From: Scenedesmus sp. PABB004
Lineage: Eukaryota
Reading direction: 5' to 3'
Assembly (NCBI GenBank): GCA_014905635.1
Contig: JABVCE010000013.1
Span: 558,001 to 622,000, forward strand
Length of the DNA: 64,000 nt
A program made the position numbers and the translations under genes. The notes beneath the pieces were generated by a model. That model was not told the origin of the DNA and made no database searches. It saw only the letters and a list, made by a program, of their open reading frames with translations. Shown one piece after another: positions 25,358-38,523 of this stretch. The first letter of the stretch is position 1. Each line of letters opens with the position of its first letter.

Positions 25358-28300
25358 TCAGCCGCGCTCGCCGCCGCCGCCGCCGGGCGCGCTGCTGACG
25401 GTTGTGGGCGCGTACGCGACGCCGCTCGCGGGGCCGGCGCTGGGCACGTTGTCCACGATGTACACGCTCGCGACGCTGTCGCTGCCCGCAGCGCCGAGGT
25501 AGAGGTTGTAGGGGTGCCACGCCATGCAGCTCACAGGGCCCATGCCGTGCGGCAGGCCGGGGCTCTGCGTGCGGATCGCGCCGACCTGCGGGCCGCGGCG
25601 CGCGGCGGCGGGGAGCGCGGCGCGCGCGTCGGCGGCTGCGGTGGCTGCGGCGGCGGCTGCGGCGGTGTCCCCGCCAGCCAGCGCGCGCCGCCGGCGCCGC
25701 CGGCTGGCCCCCGGCGCGCGCGGCGCGTGTGGGAGCAGCGGACGCACCACGTCGCCGGCGTCGGTCCAGACCTTGACGACCTGGCTCGTCGTCCCCGTCG
25801 CGAGCAGCGGCGCGGTCGGGTGCGCGACGAGCACCGACATCCCGCCCTTGCTGTGCGCGTCGACGCTGCGCACGACGCTGCACGAGAGCGCCTCGCCGCC
25901 GCCCGTGCCGCCGTGGCCGCCGTCGGCGTCGGCGAGGACGCGGAGGTCCATGAAGCGAATGGAGCCCATGCAGGTGCCTGCGCGCGTGAGTACGTGTGTG
26001 TGTGAGCGTGTGAGTGTGTGTGCGTCAGGTAGGGGCGAGGGTTGCGGCGCAGCCCGCGCGGCGGCGCGGCGCGGCGGCGCGCCGCGCACCCGTCACGATG
26101 GTGCCGGGCTTGCCGCACGGCTCCAGCTCCATGCCCGCCAGGCCGCCCTTGCCCGCCGCGACGCTCGCGACGGGCGCGACGCTCGCGCGCAGGTCAAAGA
26201 GGCGCAGCAGGCCGTTGCTGCAGCTCGCGAGCAGCAGGCGCGGGTCGCTCTGCGCCACCGACAGCCGGTCGACCGCCACGGGGCAGCCGCTCGCGCTGGG
26301 GCTCGAGCGCACGGGGATCTGCGGCGGCGCGGCGCCACGCGGTGGGCCGCCCGGCGGCGGGGCGCGGCGGCGGCGGCCCGTCCTGCGGGGGCTGCGCAGC
26401 CCCGCTCCGCGCCTCGCGCTGCGCGCACCTGCTGCATGACGTGCTCCGACGTGAGGTCCCAGCACTGCAGCAGGTCCGGGTGGCAGCCGCCCGCGGCGTA
26501 GAGCAGCGGCGGCCCGCTGCTCGTAAGCGCAAACGCGGCCGCCTGGCGCACGGGCACGGGCGGCTGCCGGATGGGCACCGCCTGCCAGGCCGAGGCCATG
26601 CGCTGCAGCCCCTGGTTGAGGTAGGCCCGCCAGATGCGCACCGCGCCGTCCGCCGCGCCCGTGAGCAGCAGGTTGCTCTCCGCCTCGTTCAGCTGCCGCG
26701 CAAACGTCACGCGCGCCACGCCGCCGCCCAGCCCCGGCGCGCCGCCCGCGGGCGCGTCGGCGCCGCCGGCGCCCAGCGGCGCGCCTGCGGGGCGGGCGCG
26801 CGGCGCGCTCAAACGCCAGGGCGCGGGCGCCGGAGGCGCGCGGCGCGGCGCCGCGCCGCGCGCCGCCTGTGCGTGCGGCGTGCGTGCAGCCCGGCGCCCG
26901 CGCCTGTGGTGACGTGGAATGCGTTGAGCAGGTTGCCGTCGGCGCCGTTGTTCACGCGCACGACGCCGCGCGTGTCGACGCTGATGAGCAGCAGGTGGAA
27001 GCTGTGGAACACGACCGCGCTCAGCGCCTCGGCGCCCGTCTCGATCGCGTTCACCTGTGGCGCGCGGCGGCGCGCGGCGGGCGGGCGGGCGGCGGGCTCG
27101 GCGCGCGCGTGCGGGGAGGCGCAGGCGGTGGCGCAGGGCGGCGGGCGCGCGGGGAGGCGCAGCAGGCGGTGGCGCGGGGCGGCGGCGCGGGCGCGCGCGC
27201 GCGCCTGCTCGCGGATCTTGGGGCTGTGCGCGCTGCGGCAGCGCAGCCGCGCCGCCTCCATCTCGCGCAGGCGCTGCGCCTTGCGCAGGCCGTCGGGCGG
27301 CTGCGTCCAGGGGCTGAGCTTCACGCCCTCGAGCTCGCGCCACGCCGACGACTGCGCGCGCGCGCGGGGCGGCGCGTGGGCGCCGCGCGCGCGGGGGCAC
27401 CGCCGCGGAGCGGCAGTCCCGCCCGCCCCCGCCCGCGCCGCCCGCGCCGCCCGTGCCTCCCGCGGCGCCCGCGCCGCCCGCGCCGCCCGTGCCTCCCGCG
27501 GCGCCCGTGCTGCCCGCGGCGCCCGCGCCGCCCGCGCCGCCCGTGCCTCCCGCGGCGCCTGTGCTGCCTGCGGCGCCCGCGCCGCCGCCCGCACGGCGCA
27601 CCATGGGCTCCAGCATGGGGCGGCTGAAGCAGTCGGCCGCGAGCTTGACGAGCTGGCTCGCCGGCAGCTCCGGCAGCGCCGCGCCGTCCTCGCCGAGCAG
27701 CAGCGACATGCTGCCCGCGCGCGAGGGGTCCAGCGACGCCGCGCTGCCGCCGAGCGCGCCGCTGTCGCCGCTGCCGGCGCCGCCGAGGCCGGCGTCGCTG
27801 CCGGCGTGCCGCAGGCTGGCGAAGCTCGTGCTGCCGGACGCGGGCGGCACGCCCGTCGGTGCGCCGGGCTCGCCGCCCACCGCCGCGCCGCTCGTGCTGC
27901 GCAGGATGTAGGGTCCCCGGCTGAAGCCCGTCTGCATCAGCTCTGCGTACCCGGCCGCCGCCGCCGCGGCGCCGCCCGCGCCGCCGCCGCCGCCGCCCGG
28001 CTCGGGGCGCTGCGGGCTCGGCGGGCTGCCGCTCGACGGCGGCCCGCCGACGCCGCCGGGGACGACGCGGCCCGAGCTGCTCGCCGCAAAGCCCGACCGC
28101 CAGCTGCGGCTCGACTTGACAAACTTCTGCGTCAGGCTGCCGAGGCTCGCGCCGACGCCGCCGCTGCCGGCGAGGCTGTGCGCGCCCGGGCCGAGCGCGC
28201 CGCCGCTGCCCGAGAGCTGGAAGCCCGCCGGCGCGCTGCCGCCGCCGGCGATGGCCTGCCCCGGCCGCGCGAGGGGCACGGCGACGGGCGCGAGGTCCAG

Positions 28301-31300
28301 CCCCGCCAGCGCCAGCACCTGCCGCCCCAGGCGCGCGACCTGCGCGGCGGCGGCGGCAGAGGCGCGGCGGCGTGGGCGGCGGCGGGCCGAGCGGGCGCCC
28401 GCCGACGGGCTGCGAGCGCGGCACCCGCGGCGCCCGGGGCACCGCCCGCCGCGCGCACCTGCAGCGACGGGTCGGTCGCCAGCAGCAGCACCTGCTCCAG
28501 CAGCGTGTACAGCAGCGCCGCGCCGTCCGACATGCTGCCCGGCAGCGGCGCCGCGTCCAGCGCGCCGTCGAGCTCCGCCGCCCAGCCCGCGAGCTTGCTG
28601 GGGCTCATGTACTCGGGGCCGAGCCGCCGCCCCAGCCGCCGCCGCCGCCGCCGCGCCCGGCGGCGCCGCCGGCGCCAAAGGATCCGTTGGTGGCCTGCGG
28701 CTGCGTGGGTGGCAGCCCCTGCTGCTGCTGCAACCCCTGCTGCTGCTGCCCCTGCTGCTGCTGCACCTGCTGCCCTTGCTGCTGCTGCTGCTGCAGCTGC
28801 CCCTGCCCGCCGCGCGGCTGCACGGGCGCGCCGTCGGCGTCGGTCGCCGGCATGCTGCTGCCGCTGCCGGTGCGCCGGATGCCGGCGCCGCCCGCCGCCG
28901 CGGCCGCCTCCTCCGCGGCCGCCTGGCGCGCCTGCTGCACGTGCAGCTGCTGCAGGCGCAGCAGCTCGAGGTGCTTGCGCTGCTGCACCGCGATGGTGTC
29001 CTGCATCACGCCCACCGCCTCAGCGAGCGCCGGCCCCGCGCCGCGCACGAGCCGAGCAAACGCGACCGCGAGCTCGCCGCGCACGAGCGGGCTGGCGTCG
29101 TACACGACGTTGCTCTTGACGAGCAGCGACACCACCAGCATCTCCAGCAGCGGCAGCGCCTCGTCGCCGCCCGCGCCGGCGCCGCCCTCGCCGCCCGGCG
29201 GCGGCCCGCCGCCGGGCAGGCCGGCCGGCCCGCGCGCGCGCGGCAGCGAGTGAATGAGGCTGCCGAGCGCAAAGACCGCGGCGCCGCGCAGCTCCGGAAG
29301 CTGCGCCTGCAGCAGCCCGGCGAGCAGGTCGGCCGCGCCGTCGCGCACCGCGGCGGCGCAGATCTCCGGCTGGTTGTCGGCGAGCTTGCCGAGGCAGATG
29401 CAGAGCCACTTGCCGAGCAGCGTGTTGCCGGGGCTCGCCGTGAGCACCGGCAGCAGCGCGCGCAGCCACTTGAGCAGGATCTGCAGCAGGTTGGCCGCCG
29501 CGCAGAGCGCCTGGCCCTTGGGGTGGCCGTCGCAGACGGCGGCGAGCACGAAGACCGCCTGTGCGCGCGCGCCGTTGTCGATGCCTGGCTCGGGGCTGTC
29601 GACGTACTTCAGGAAGTAGAGGTGCCCGCTGTCCTTCACCAGGTCCGCCTGGCGGGCGGGTGCGTGCCGCGTGTGCGGGCGCGGGTGCGGACGGGTCGGC
29701 GCCAGGGCCGGGGCGCGCTGCGGCCTGCGCCCCGGCATGCGAGCGCCGCGCGCGCGCCGGCGGCGCGGCCCGGCGCGGCCCAGCGCGCAGCAGCATGCAC
29801 AGCGCGCGCGCCTGGCATGAGCGGTCGAGCGCGAGTATCTTTGCCCATATGAACACGAGCGTCGTGCGCAGGTCGGACGAGGTCGTCTGCAGGAGCTTGA
29901 GCACGTAGGGGAAGATGCCGACGCTGAGCGCGAGGTCGACCGCCCAGGAGCCCATGTCGAGGAAGCGGCCGAGCAGCACGAGCGCGCGCAGGCGGTGAAC
30001 CTGGCTCAGCAGCACCTGATAGTGGTGGCGGCGGCGGCGGCGGTAGTGGTGGTGGTGGTGTGTGTGGGGAGGGGGGGGGGGGGGGGGGGGGGGGGGGAGG
30101 GGCTGCGCGCGGGCAAAGCCTGGCGGGCGCGCGCGCGCGCACCTGCAGCACGATCGGCAGCTGCTCGGGCGGCTTCTTGTCGGCGCTGCCGTGCGCGAGC
30201 CAGAGCTCAAACGCGGTCAGCTGCTCGCTGAAGAACGAGCTCGGCACAAACTCGGCGGTCGGGTCCGCGAGCAGGCCCGGCAGCTGCGCGGCGCGCAGCG
30301 CGCGGCGGCGGGTTGGGTCGGACCACGGCCCACGCGGCGGCGGCACCTGGCGCGCGCACGGAGGGCAGCGCGGGGCCCTGCGCCGCGCGCGCGCCTGCAG
30401 GAGGCACATCTCTGCCGCGAGGTCCCACGCCTGCCACATGGGGTGCTGGTGCGTCGGCGGCAGGCGCGGGTAGGACACGGGGCTGCAGTTGCTCGCCGCC
30501 ATGATGCGCTCCGCGAGCAGGAAGTTGCGGAACAGGCTCGCGACCAGCAGGTCCTGCGGGGCGCGCAAGTGTGACAGCGCGGACGGCGGCAGCGTCGGTG
30601 GGCGGCGGCGTCGGCGGCGGCGCGGCGCGGGCAGCGCTGGCGCGGGCGCTGGCGCGTGCGGGCAGCGCTGGCGCTGGCGCGGGCGCGGCGGGCGGCGGGT
30701 GCGGGTGTGCGCGCCTGTCGGAAGAGCTTTTGGAAGAGCGCGCGCGGGAGGCAGTTCCAGGCGATGGTGTCGGTGATGGCCGTGAAGATCCAGTTGAGCT
30801 CGCCGAGCGGCGTCTTGCGGTCGGTCTGGCGGCCGGGGATGCGGTCCAGCAGCTCCTTGCTCACGCCTGGCGGCGCGCGGCGGTTTGGGTTTTTTGGGGA
30901 GGGGGAGAGGAGGGGCGGCAGGGCAGAAGGGCGCGGGGAGGGGCGGGAGGCCGGGGTGCGGGGCGGGGGCCGTGAGCGCAGGGTGCGTGGGGCTGGACCG
31001 GGGCGCGGCGGCGCCGGCGCGGCCCGGCGTGGCGCGCCGCGGCGCACCGTCGTGGCGCAGCAGGCTGCGGCTGCAGAACCAGCGCAGCGCGACCTTGATC
31101 GGCGTGGTGAGGCAGGCCGTGAACACGTCGGCCGGCAGGTCCGGGTTCTGCTGGGCGCGCGCGCGGCGGCGCGGCGGGCAGCGGCGGCGCCTCGGCGCGC
31201 GCCCGCGCGCGCGCCGCCGCCCGCCGCCGCCGCCGCCCGCGCGGCCGCACCTGCGGCAGCAGCTCGTTGCCGCCGCACGCGCCGAGCACCAGGATCTCGC

Positions 31301-32868
31301 GCATCGGGTCCGGCGGCGCGCCGGCGCCGCCGCCGCCGCCGGGCGCCGGCGCGCCGCCCGCCGCGGCGGCCGCGGCGGCGGCGCGCTGCTCCATCATGGC
31401 GCGGAAGTTGTTGATGATCAGCCCGGCGGCGCTGCAGTCGAGGACGTAGATGCAGGGCGTGCCCATCCAGGTCTGCAGCTCGTACATGGAGAGGGGGATG
31501 TACTGCGTGTAGCGCGAGTTGAAGACCCAGACCTCGCCGTTGACGGTCGGGCGGGGCACGCCGTGGCCGTTGTAGTGGAACAGCACGCGCTCGCTCTGGG
31601 GATGGGTGTGGGTGGTGGGTGGTGGGTGGTAGAGAGCCGGGGGGAGAGCAGGGAGGGCGCCACGGAGCGCGGGCGAGCACGCGCGCCGCCGTGTCCCCGC
31701 CGCAAGCCCGCGTCCGCGCCGCGCCGCACGCCCGCACCTTTGCGGTGCGCCTGCACGACACGCAGAGCTTCTTCACGTCCTCCATGGTCGGGTCGAGGTG
31801 CATCTTGTACTTGGCCCGCGGCTGCCAGCGCTCGTACTGCGCCTGAAGGTTCTTGCCTGCGCGCGGCGCGGACGCGGGCGCGGGGAGGGCACGGGTGAGC
31901 GCCGCGCCGCTGCCGCCCTTCTCCACTGCCATGGCGCCGCCGTGCCGCCGCCGCCAACGCGGCCGCCGGCGTGAAGCGCCGCTGCCGTGGCGCTGCCGCC
32001 GCTGCCGCCGCCGCCGCGGCCGCCACCGGCGCTGAACCGCGGCGCACCGATCGTCTCGAGCGCCTTGGCGGGCTGCATGCTGAGCGGGTCGACCCAGCAC
32101 TCGAGGCGGGCGCAGGGGCTGATCTTGATGACGTCGGGCGGGTCGACGCCGATGTTGAGGCACAGCACCAGCGCGACCGCGGTCGTCTTGAGCTTGTCCT
32201 TCTGCCGCCACTTGCTCACCAGCCCGCCCGCGTCGCCGCTGCGCCGCTCCGCGAGGTCGTCGCCCGCGTCGTGGCGCTCCTGGGGAGGGGAGGGGGGAGG
32301 GAGGGGGGTCGTGGGGGTCGCGGGGTCGCGGGGGTCGCGAGGGCGCCGCCGGCCGCCGCCGCCGGCCGCCGCCGCCGGCTGCGCCGCGCGCCCGGCGCCG
32401 CCGCGCACCTCGCAGAAGAGGCGCTGCTGCAGGCGCGCGATGGCGCTGCTCGTGCCCGCCGCCATGAATGCCTGCGCGGCGGGCGCGGCGGGCGCGGCGC
32501 GCGTCGTCGCCAAGCGCCCGCTGCGCAGCCGCCGCGCTGCACGGCGCGGCCGCGGCGTCCCGCGTGCCGGGAGCCTGCACGCGTCGCAGGCGTCTGCGCC
32601 CGCTGGGAGGGCGCGGGGAGGCCCCAGGCCCATGATCTGGCGGCGGCGCGGCCGCTGCTGCTGCTGCCCCAAAACGTGAGCTGCTCGCCCGCTGGCCGCG
32701 CAGCCGCCTGCGCCACGCGGAGCGCGGCCTCCAGTCCCGCCCGCCCGCGCAGGGTCCCGGGCTCACCGGGTGCGCTAGTGCGAGCTGCTGGGGCGGGGCA
32801 TGGGCCGGGGCCTCCCGAGCGCTCCCTGGCGCCCCACTGGCCCGCTGCTGGGGTGCTGCCTCATCCAT
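25358..32868 (-). CDS. RAPTOR: Regulatory-associated protein of TOR; at least 17 exons; 5' exons uncertain; apparent 1-nt frameshift near 28615
   Basis: RNC domain ([96 protein letters not shown]), HEAT region and C-terminal WD40 repeats. Confidence 0.97.
27428..27590. repeat. Intronic GC-rich minisatellite (~36-nt units) in RAPTOR
   Basis: Reiterated GCCCGCGCCGCCCGCGCCGCCCGTGCCTCCCGCGGC. Confidence 0.7.
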
Positions 32869-33302
32869 CGCGCCGGTCCGGCCATCCAGGCCGCGGCCAG
32901 CCGGAGAGCAGGTTCAGAGCAACCCTGGCCGCCTGCCAGGCCGCCCAGCGCGCGCCCGTGACGGTGCAGAGCGCCTGTGAGCGCCACCCGGGGCGCGCCG
33001 CGGTCCAGGCGAGCTGCCGAGTGCTTGAGCCCGAGAGGCATAACGAGACGAGCGGGCCTCCTGCCGCGCAGCGGCCGCCCCGCCCGCGCCCACTCCCCGC
33101 CCCGCCCACTCTCCGCCCCGCGATCAACGTCCCAGCTGCAGACGAGCACAGCGCGCGGCCCCCAGGCGTCAGTTGCAACCGCTGCTCGCGCGCCGCCGCT
33201 GTCGCCGCGCCGCCCAGGCGCCGCCGTGATCCGCCCCGGCGCCCGGGGGACCCAGATCCCGCGCCGCACCGCCCCCAGCGCCGTCGCAGCCGGGCGGCGG
33301 GC

Positions 33303-34529
33303 ATGGCAGACCTGAACGCCTGCGGGCGGCGCGCGTGCGCGGGCGACGGCGGCGGCGCGGGCGCGCCGGGCGCGGGCGGCGCGGAGCCGCACACGGGCAC
33401 GACCATCGTGGCGTGCGCGTACGCCGGCGGCGTGGTGCTGGGCGCGGACGGGCGCGTGAGCACGGGCAACTACGTGTCCAACCGCGCGAGCAACAAGATC
33501 ATGCAGCTCACAGACAGCATCTTCCTGCTGCGCTCCGGCAGCGCCGCCGACACGCAGGCCGTTGGCGACTACGGTGCGGGGATGCGCCCGCGGCGACGGC
33601 GGCGGAGCGCGGCGGCGGCGGCGGCGGCGGCGGGGCGCGGCGGAGCAGCGGCGGCCGCGCGCTCTCGACGCGCGCCCGCCGCGCCGTCCGCGCGCCGCAG
33701 TGCGCTTCTTCTCTGAGCAGCTGGCGGGCGAGCTGGGCGAGGAGCCGTCGGTGCAGACGGTCGCCAACCTGGTCGCGACGGTGGGCGGCGCGCGCGCGGG
33801 ACCGCGCCGCCGCTGGCCGTGCGCGCGCCGGCCGCACCATGCGCGGGCGCCAACCACACACACACGCGCGCGCGCGCGCGTGGTGCGGCGCAGATGAACT
33901 ACAACAACAAGAACAACCTGGTCGGCGCGCTGCTGGTCGCGGGCTACGACGAGGCCGCCGGCGGGCAGGTGCGCCGCGGCACCGCGCGCCGCGCGCCGCG
34001 CGCCCCAGGCCCGCGCGCGCACAGCGCGCCCACGGCCCTGGCGCCCTGTCCCCTGCGCGCCTCGCCCAGGTCTATGGCATCCCCATCGGCGGCACCATCG
34101 TGCGCGAGGCGTGGGCGATCGATGGCTCGGGGTCGACGTACATTTGGGGCTACATGGACGCGGCGTGGAAGTGCGCACCGCGCGGGGGCTGCGGGTGTCG
34201 GCGGCACCGACGCAGCGGCGGCGGCGGCAGCAGCGGCGGCAGCGGTGGCAGCGGCAGCGGCGGCAGGGGCGCGCGGCGGCGCGTGCACGCCGCCCACGCC
34301 CCGCGCCGCGCGGCGCAGGCCCGACATGACGCGCGAGGAGGCCGAAGCGTTTGTGGTGGAGGCGCTCGCGCTCGCGATGGCGCGCGACGCGTCGAGCGGC
34401 GGCGTCATCCGCACCGTCACGCTCGACAAGGACGGCCCCACGCACCGCTACATCGGCGGGAACGACGTGCCGCGCTTCCATGAGGAGCTGCCGCCGCCGG
34501 CGCCGCCCGCGAGCATGGCCGTCGGCTGA
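33303..34529 (+). CDS. PBA1: 20S proteasome subunit beta 1 (beta type-6); spliced
   Basis: Propeptide cleavage [51 protein letters not shown]. Confidence 0.96.
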
Positions 34530-34702
34530 GCGCGGCGCCGGGCGCCGCGACCGCCCTTGCGCGAGGGGCGTGTGACGCGCGGCAGGCACGTTTACCGTCC
34601 GGCCGCGCCGCGCCGCGCCGCGGCCGCCGCTCGCTCGCTCGCTTCGAAACATGGGGACAGGTCGCCGCTCCCGCGCGTGCCGCACGCTGCGCTCCCCAAA
34701 AC

Positions 34703-34736
<34 letters not shown>

Positions 34737-34763
34737 GCCGTTCCCCGCTGCCCGCCCTCGAGC

Positions 34764-36070
34764 TCACGCCGAGCTGTTTCTCCGCCGCGCCAGCTCGGCC
34801 TCGAGCTCCTCCATCGACAGCTGGCTCAGCTCCTGCGGCGTCCACGTCGGCGCCGCGCGCGCGCTCAGCGGCGCCGGCAGCCCAGCCGACCGCCGCGTGC
34901 CGCCGGCACGCCGCGCCGCCCGCCCCGCGCCGCGCGGGCCCACCTTGGCGGCCGGCGCCGTCGGGGCCGCCGGCGCCGCCTGCGCCGCGCCCCCGCCGGC
35001 AGCCGCTGCTGCCGTCGCCGCCGCGCTGGCGCCCGCGCTCGCGACGGGCATCTGCCCGCCCCACGCCGCCTGCTCGCTGAGCGCGCGCTTCAGCTCGATG
35101 TCGGGGTCCGCCGCCAGCGCCTGCTCGTCGGTGACGGGCTGCAGCGCCGGCGCGGCGCCGCCGTCCGCGCCGCCGTCCGCGCCGGCGTCGGGCGGCGCGG
35201 CCGCGTCGGCGCGCACCGGGCGCGGCGTGGGGCGCAGGCTCGCGGCGTTGCGGATCTCGTCCAGGCCCAGCTCCTGCGCGGCGCGGCGCGGCGGCGCTCG
35301 GCGCTCGCCCCCGCTGCCGCCGCTGGCTGGGCTGCGCGCGCTGCGTGCGCCGGGCGCCGCACCTGCTCGAGCGTGCCCTTGATCTCCTGCGACACCTCCA
35401 CCACCTCGCGGATGGTCGGCTGGAACGCGCGCAGCGTCTGGCCCACGCTCTTGGCCGCCTGCGACCGGGCGCGCGGCGCGCGCTCAGCGGCGCGATGCGT
35501 TTCCCCCGCGCCGTTGCGCTGCGGTGCTCGCCGGCGGCCGGCTCACGTCGGCGAGACCCTTGGGCCCGAACACCACCAGCGCCACCACGCCCACCAGCAG
35601 TGCCTCCGGCGCGCCCACGCCCAGGAAGGACTGCATGACCGTCTGCTCGCGCGGCAGTCGAGGCGGCAGCGGTCGGGCCGCGGCGGCAGCGGCGCGCGGC
35701 GGCAGCGGTGGCGCGCGGCGCTGCTGAAACCATGCGGCGGCGCCCGGGGTGATCCCTGGCCAGGCCCACCTTCTGGCGCGGCCTGTCGCGGCCGCCGTGG
35801 GCCAGGCTGGCGCCTGCGGGCGCAGCAGCAGCAGATGGCGTGAGCGTGTGGGCTCCAGCGCGCCCGCACGCGCGGTCGCGGCGCCTCCAAGCACGCACCA
35901 TGGCCCAGCGGTGCCGGAGCCAGGGGGCCCAGGGCGCCCCGGCCCGGGGCGGGTCCGCACGGCGCGGCCGAGCGGGCGCCGAGATGCGGGCGCGCGGGCA
36001 GGCCGCGGCACGCCGCGCGGCCGCGACCAGCGACCACCCGCACCGCGGGCGCGCGCTGCAGCAGCGCCAT
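34764..36070 (-). CDS. TatB: Chloroplast Tat translocase subunit TatB/Hcf106; spliced
   Basis: SFLGVGAPEALLVGVVALVVFGPKGLAD-AAKSVGQTLRAFQPTIREVVEVSQEIKGTLEQ-ELGLDEI; transit-like N-terminus MALLQRAPAVR. Confidence 0.92.
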
Positions 36071-36474
36071 GCGGCTCGCGCGCGCGAGATGTGGCGGGCG
36101 GCCTGGCGCTTCGGGCGCAGGGGGCGCGGCGCGGGCGCTTGGCGACGCGCCGGAGAGCGCTCTGGTGCTCGGGCGGGGCGGGCGGGCAATTGGCGCCGCC
36201 GCGGTCTGCGCCGCCGCCGGAAACGCGGCCAGCGCGCGCGCCGGCGATCGGCCGCCCTGTAGCGAGCGGCGGAGCCCGGTGAGGGCGGCGGCCGACGGTG
36301 TTGTTGCCGGCAGCGATATACATATACTCGCGTGGCCGCCGCTGGCTGGCGCCCGCCGGCTGCGGCGGCGCCAGCCAGCGCCGCGCGCACGCCATCTCCA
36401 GCTCAATCCCCAGCGTTCACGCTGCGCGTCTCCCAACACCGGCGGTGAGGTTGGTCAGCGAGGAGGTCGGTCAG

Positions 36475-36570
36475 CGAGTCAAGGTGCGAGTCCAAGGTGC
36501 CCTGCGGTGCGAGTCCAAGGTGCCACGCGGTGCGAGTCCGCAACGTGCCGCACAGTGCGTCGGGGTGCCC
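36475..36570. repeat. Short degenerate tandem repeat (~23 nt, GCGAGTCCAAGGTGCC core)
   Basis: Four degenerate units between TatB and the secreted-protein gene. Confidence 0.6.
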
Positions 36571-36694
36571 TGCAGTTGCGTCGTCATGACACGATCATGA
36601 AATGGGGGCGTACGCGCTCGGGCCAGCCCGCCGTCGGCGGCGGGGCGGCCGTCCGGGCTGGCCCCGCCGGCGGGCGCGCTCCAGGTCGCGGCGC

Positions 36695-37707
36695 TTAGAG
36701 CTTGGGCTTGATGACAATGCCGGCGTACGGGTTGACCTTCCAGCACACCTTGGACCAGGGCGAAGTGGCATTGAAGCCGCCCGCGACGACGCAGTTGGTG
36801 CCGTTGGTCACGATCGAGCCGAACACGGGCGCGCCCACGCCAGTCGACTCGCGAAGGCACGCCGCCGTGCCCGCGTTGGTCCAGGCGACGGTGGAGTTGC
36901 AGCTCGCGGTGGAGGGCACGGTCGCGACGACGTTGGTCGGGCAGGCCCACGCCTTGCCGTCGCGGTTCACGGTGCCACAGCAGCCGCACGTGTAGCTCAC
37001 GCCGGCGGTGGCCGAGTCGATGGGCGTGCCGTCCGCGAGCGAGCCGGCGCAGGTGTCGGTGAGCGTAATGAGGCCGGCCGGCGCGGCGGTGCCGTACACG
37101 GGGGTCTTGGTCGCGGGGTTGGTGAAGCTGCAGAGCTGCGGGCCGCCGGCGGGGCCGACCGAGAGCAGGCCGTACTTGGCGCACGCGTTGACGCACGACT
37201 GGTCGCCCTGCGCCGCGGCGAGGCGGGCGGCGACGGCGGTGAGAAAGAGGGCGCGCGCGCAGGCCCGCGTGCGCGCCGGCGGCACTGAGCGGGTCGCGCG
37301 CCGGCGGTGAAGAGAGAGCGCCCGCGCGGGCCCCCCTCGTGCGCGCCGGCGGGGGGGCCGAGCGCGCCCGCACAGGGCCGCCCGCGTGCGCGCCGGCGGC
37401 GCCGCGCGGCGCGCGCCTCGTTGCCGTAGTCGACGACGATCTTGGCCCAGGCAAAGGTGGTCACGGGGGGGTCGATGACCTCGTTGCCGTGGTGTTTCTT
37501 GCCGCCGCTGCCGTTCCAGGTCCAGTTGCCGTGGGTGTGGTTGCCCCAGGTGTGGTTGCCGTGGGTGTGGTTGCCCCAGCCGCCCTTGTAGCGGCCGTGG
37601 CGGGGCGAGGAGGGGTCACCGCTGAGCTGAGGCAGCGAGCGCGCGCTCGCCGCGGCGGCGGCGGCCAGGAGCACGAGCGCCGCGAGGGCCAGCGAGGAGC
37701 GGGCCAT
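36695..37707 (-). CDS. Secreted Cys-rich hypothetical protein with a His/Trp/Asn repeat; 2 exons
   Basis: Signal peptide [47 protein letters not shown]; Cys-rich second exon [11 protein letters not shown]...VIKPKL*. Confidence 0.8.
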
Positions 37708-38523
37708 TGGGCCTGCGGGCGCGGCGCGGCCGGGGCGGCGGCAGACGGCATGGCGGGCGTCAGCTGGGATGTCGAGGCGCGTCGGGCGCGCGATCGGGGG
37801 GCCGGGCGGGCGGCGCCCCCGGTGGGCTGGGCGCCCCGTCGCGGGCGCGCGCGCGCGCGCGCCGATGGCACGCGGCGGCGGCGCGACCGACAGAGCTGCC
37901 ACGCCCAGCGCCCGGGGCGGCGGCACCAGATCGGCCGGCCGCCGCACGGCGCCGGGGCGGCGATGCAGCATTTAGGGTCGGCGTGCGCGCGCGCGCCAGC
38001 CGCTGAAAATGCAGCGCGGCGCGCCTCAAAGATGGAGCGGCATGCCAGCGGCGGAACGCGCCGGCGAGCGCGGCCAGCGCGGGCCATGTGCCACCGCAGC
38101 TCACCTGGTGGATGGGGAGGAGGCTTGGTGGAGCGAGTAAGCGTTCCGAACGCGAGGGGACGGGCGCGGTCGACGGCTGGGCGAGTGGGGCGCTTGGATC
38201 GGTGCCGGGCCGGGCCGGGGCGGCGCGAGGGGCGCGGGTTCGGGCATCTCCTCGCCTCAGGTGTCACTAGGGGGTTCCTCGATTCACGGCTGCTGCAGCA
38301 ACTGCAGCAACTTCGCGCGCAAACAACGCCCTCAAACGGGTCAGAACGGTAGGTGAAGCGCGCGCCCGCCGCCGTGGCCGGTCACGCGCCGGTGACGCCG
38401 CTGCTGCTCGCAGCGGAAGCAGCCCGCGTGCCGCGCAACGAGCAAGAGCAGGCCTCCTGACCAGCCTCCTGAACAGCTGGAAGCCTGCTGGGTGTGCGTG
38501 CGTTGCTGGCCGTGCATGCGTGA

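Noticed and set aside
26042..29119. Very long Arg/Ala/Pro-rich ORFs (this 1025-aa ORF, 51016-54033 and many others)
   Set aside because: Shadow frames caused by stop-codon scarcity at extreme GC; they are antisense to or out of frame with real spliced genes.
18783..32868. TOR-related gene cluster (GNB1L/ASA1-like PIKK assembly factor near RAPTOR)
   Set aside because: The two are separated by unrelated genes; proximity is plausibly chance without synteny evidence.
34111..34140. AIDGSGS instead of AIGGSGS in proteasome beta1
   Set aside because: The catalytic Thr1, Asp17, Lys and GSGS residues are intact; probably a lineage variant.
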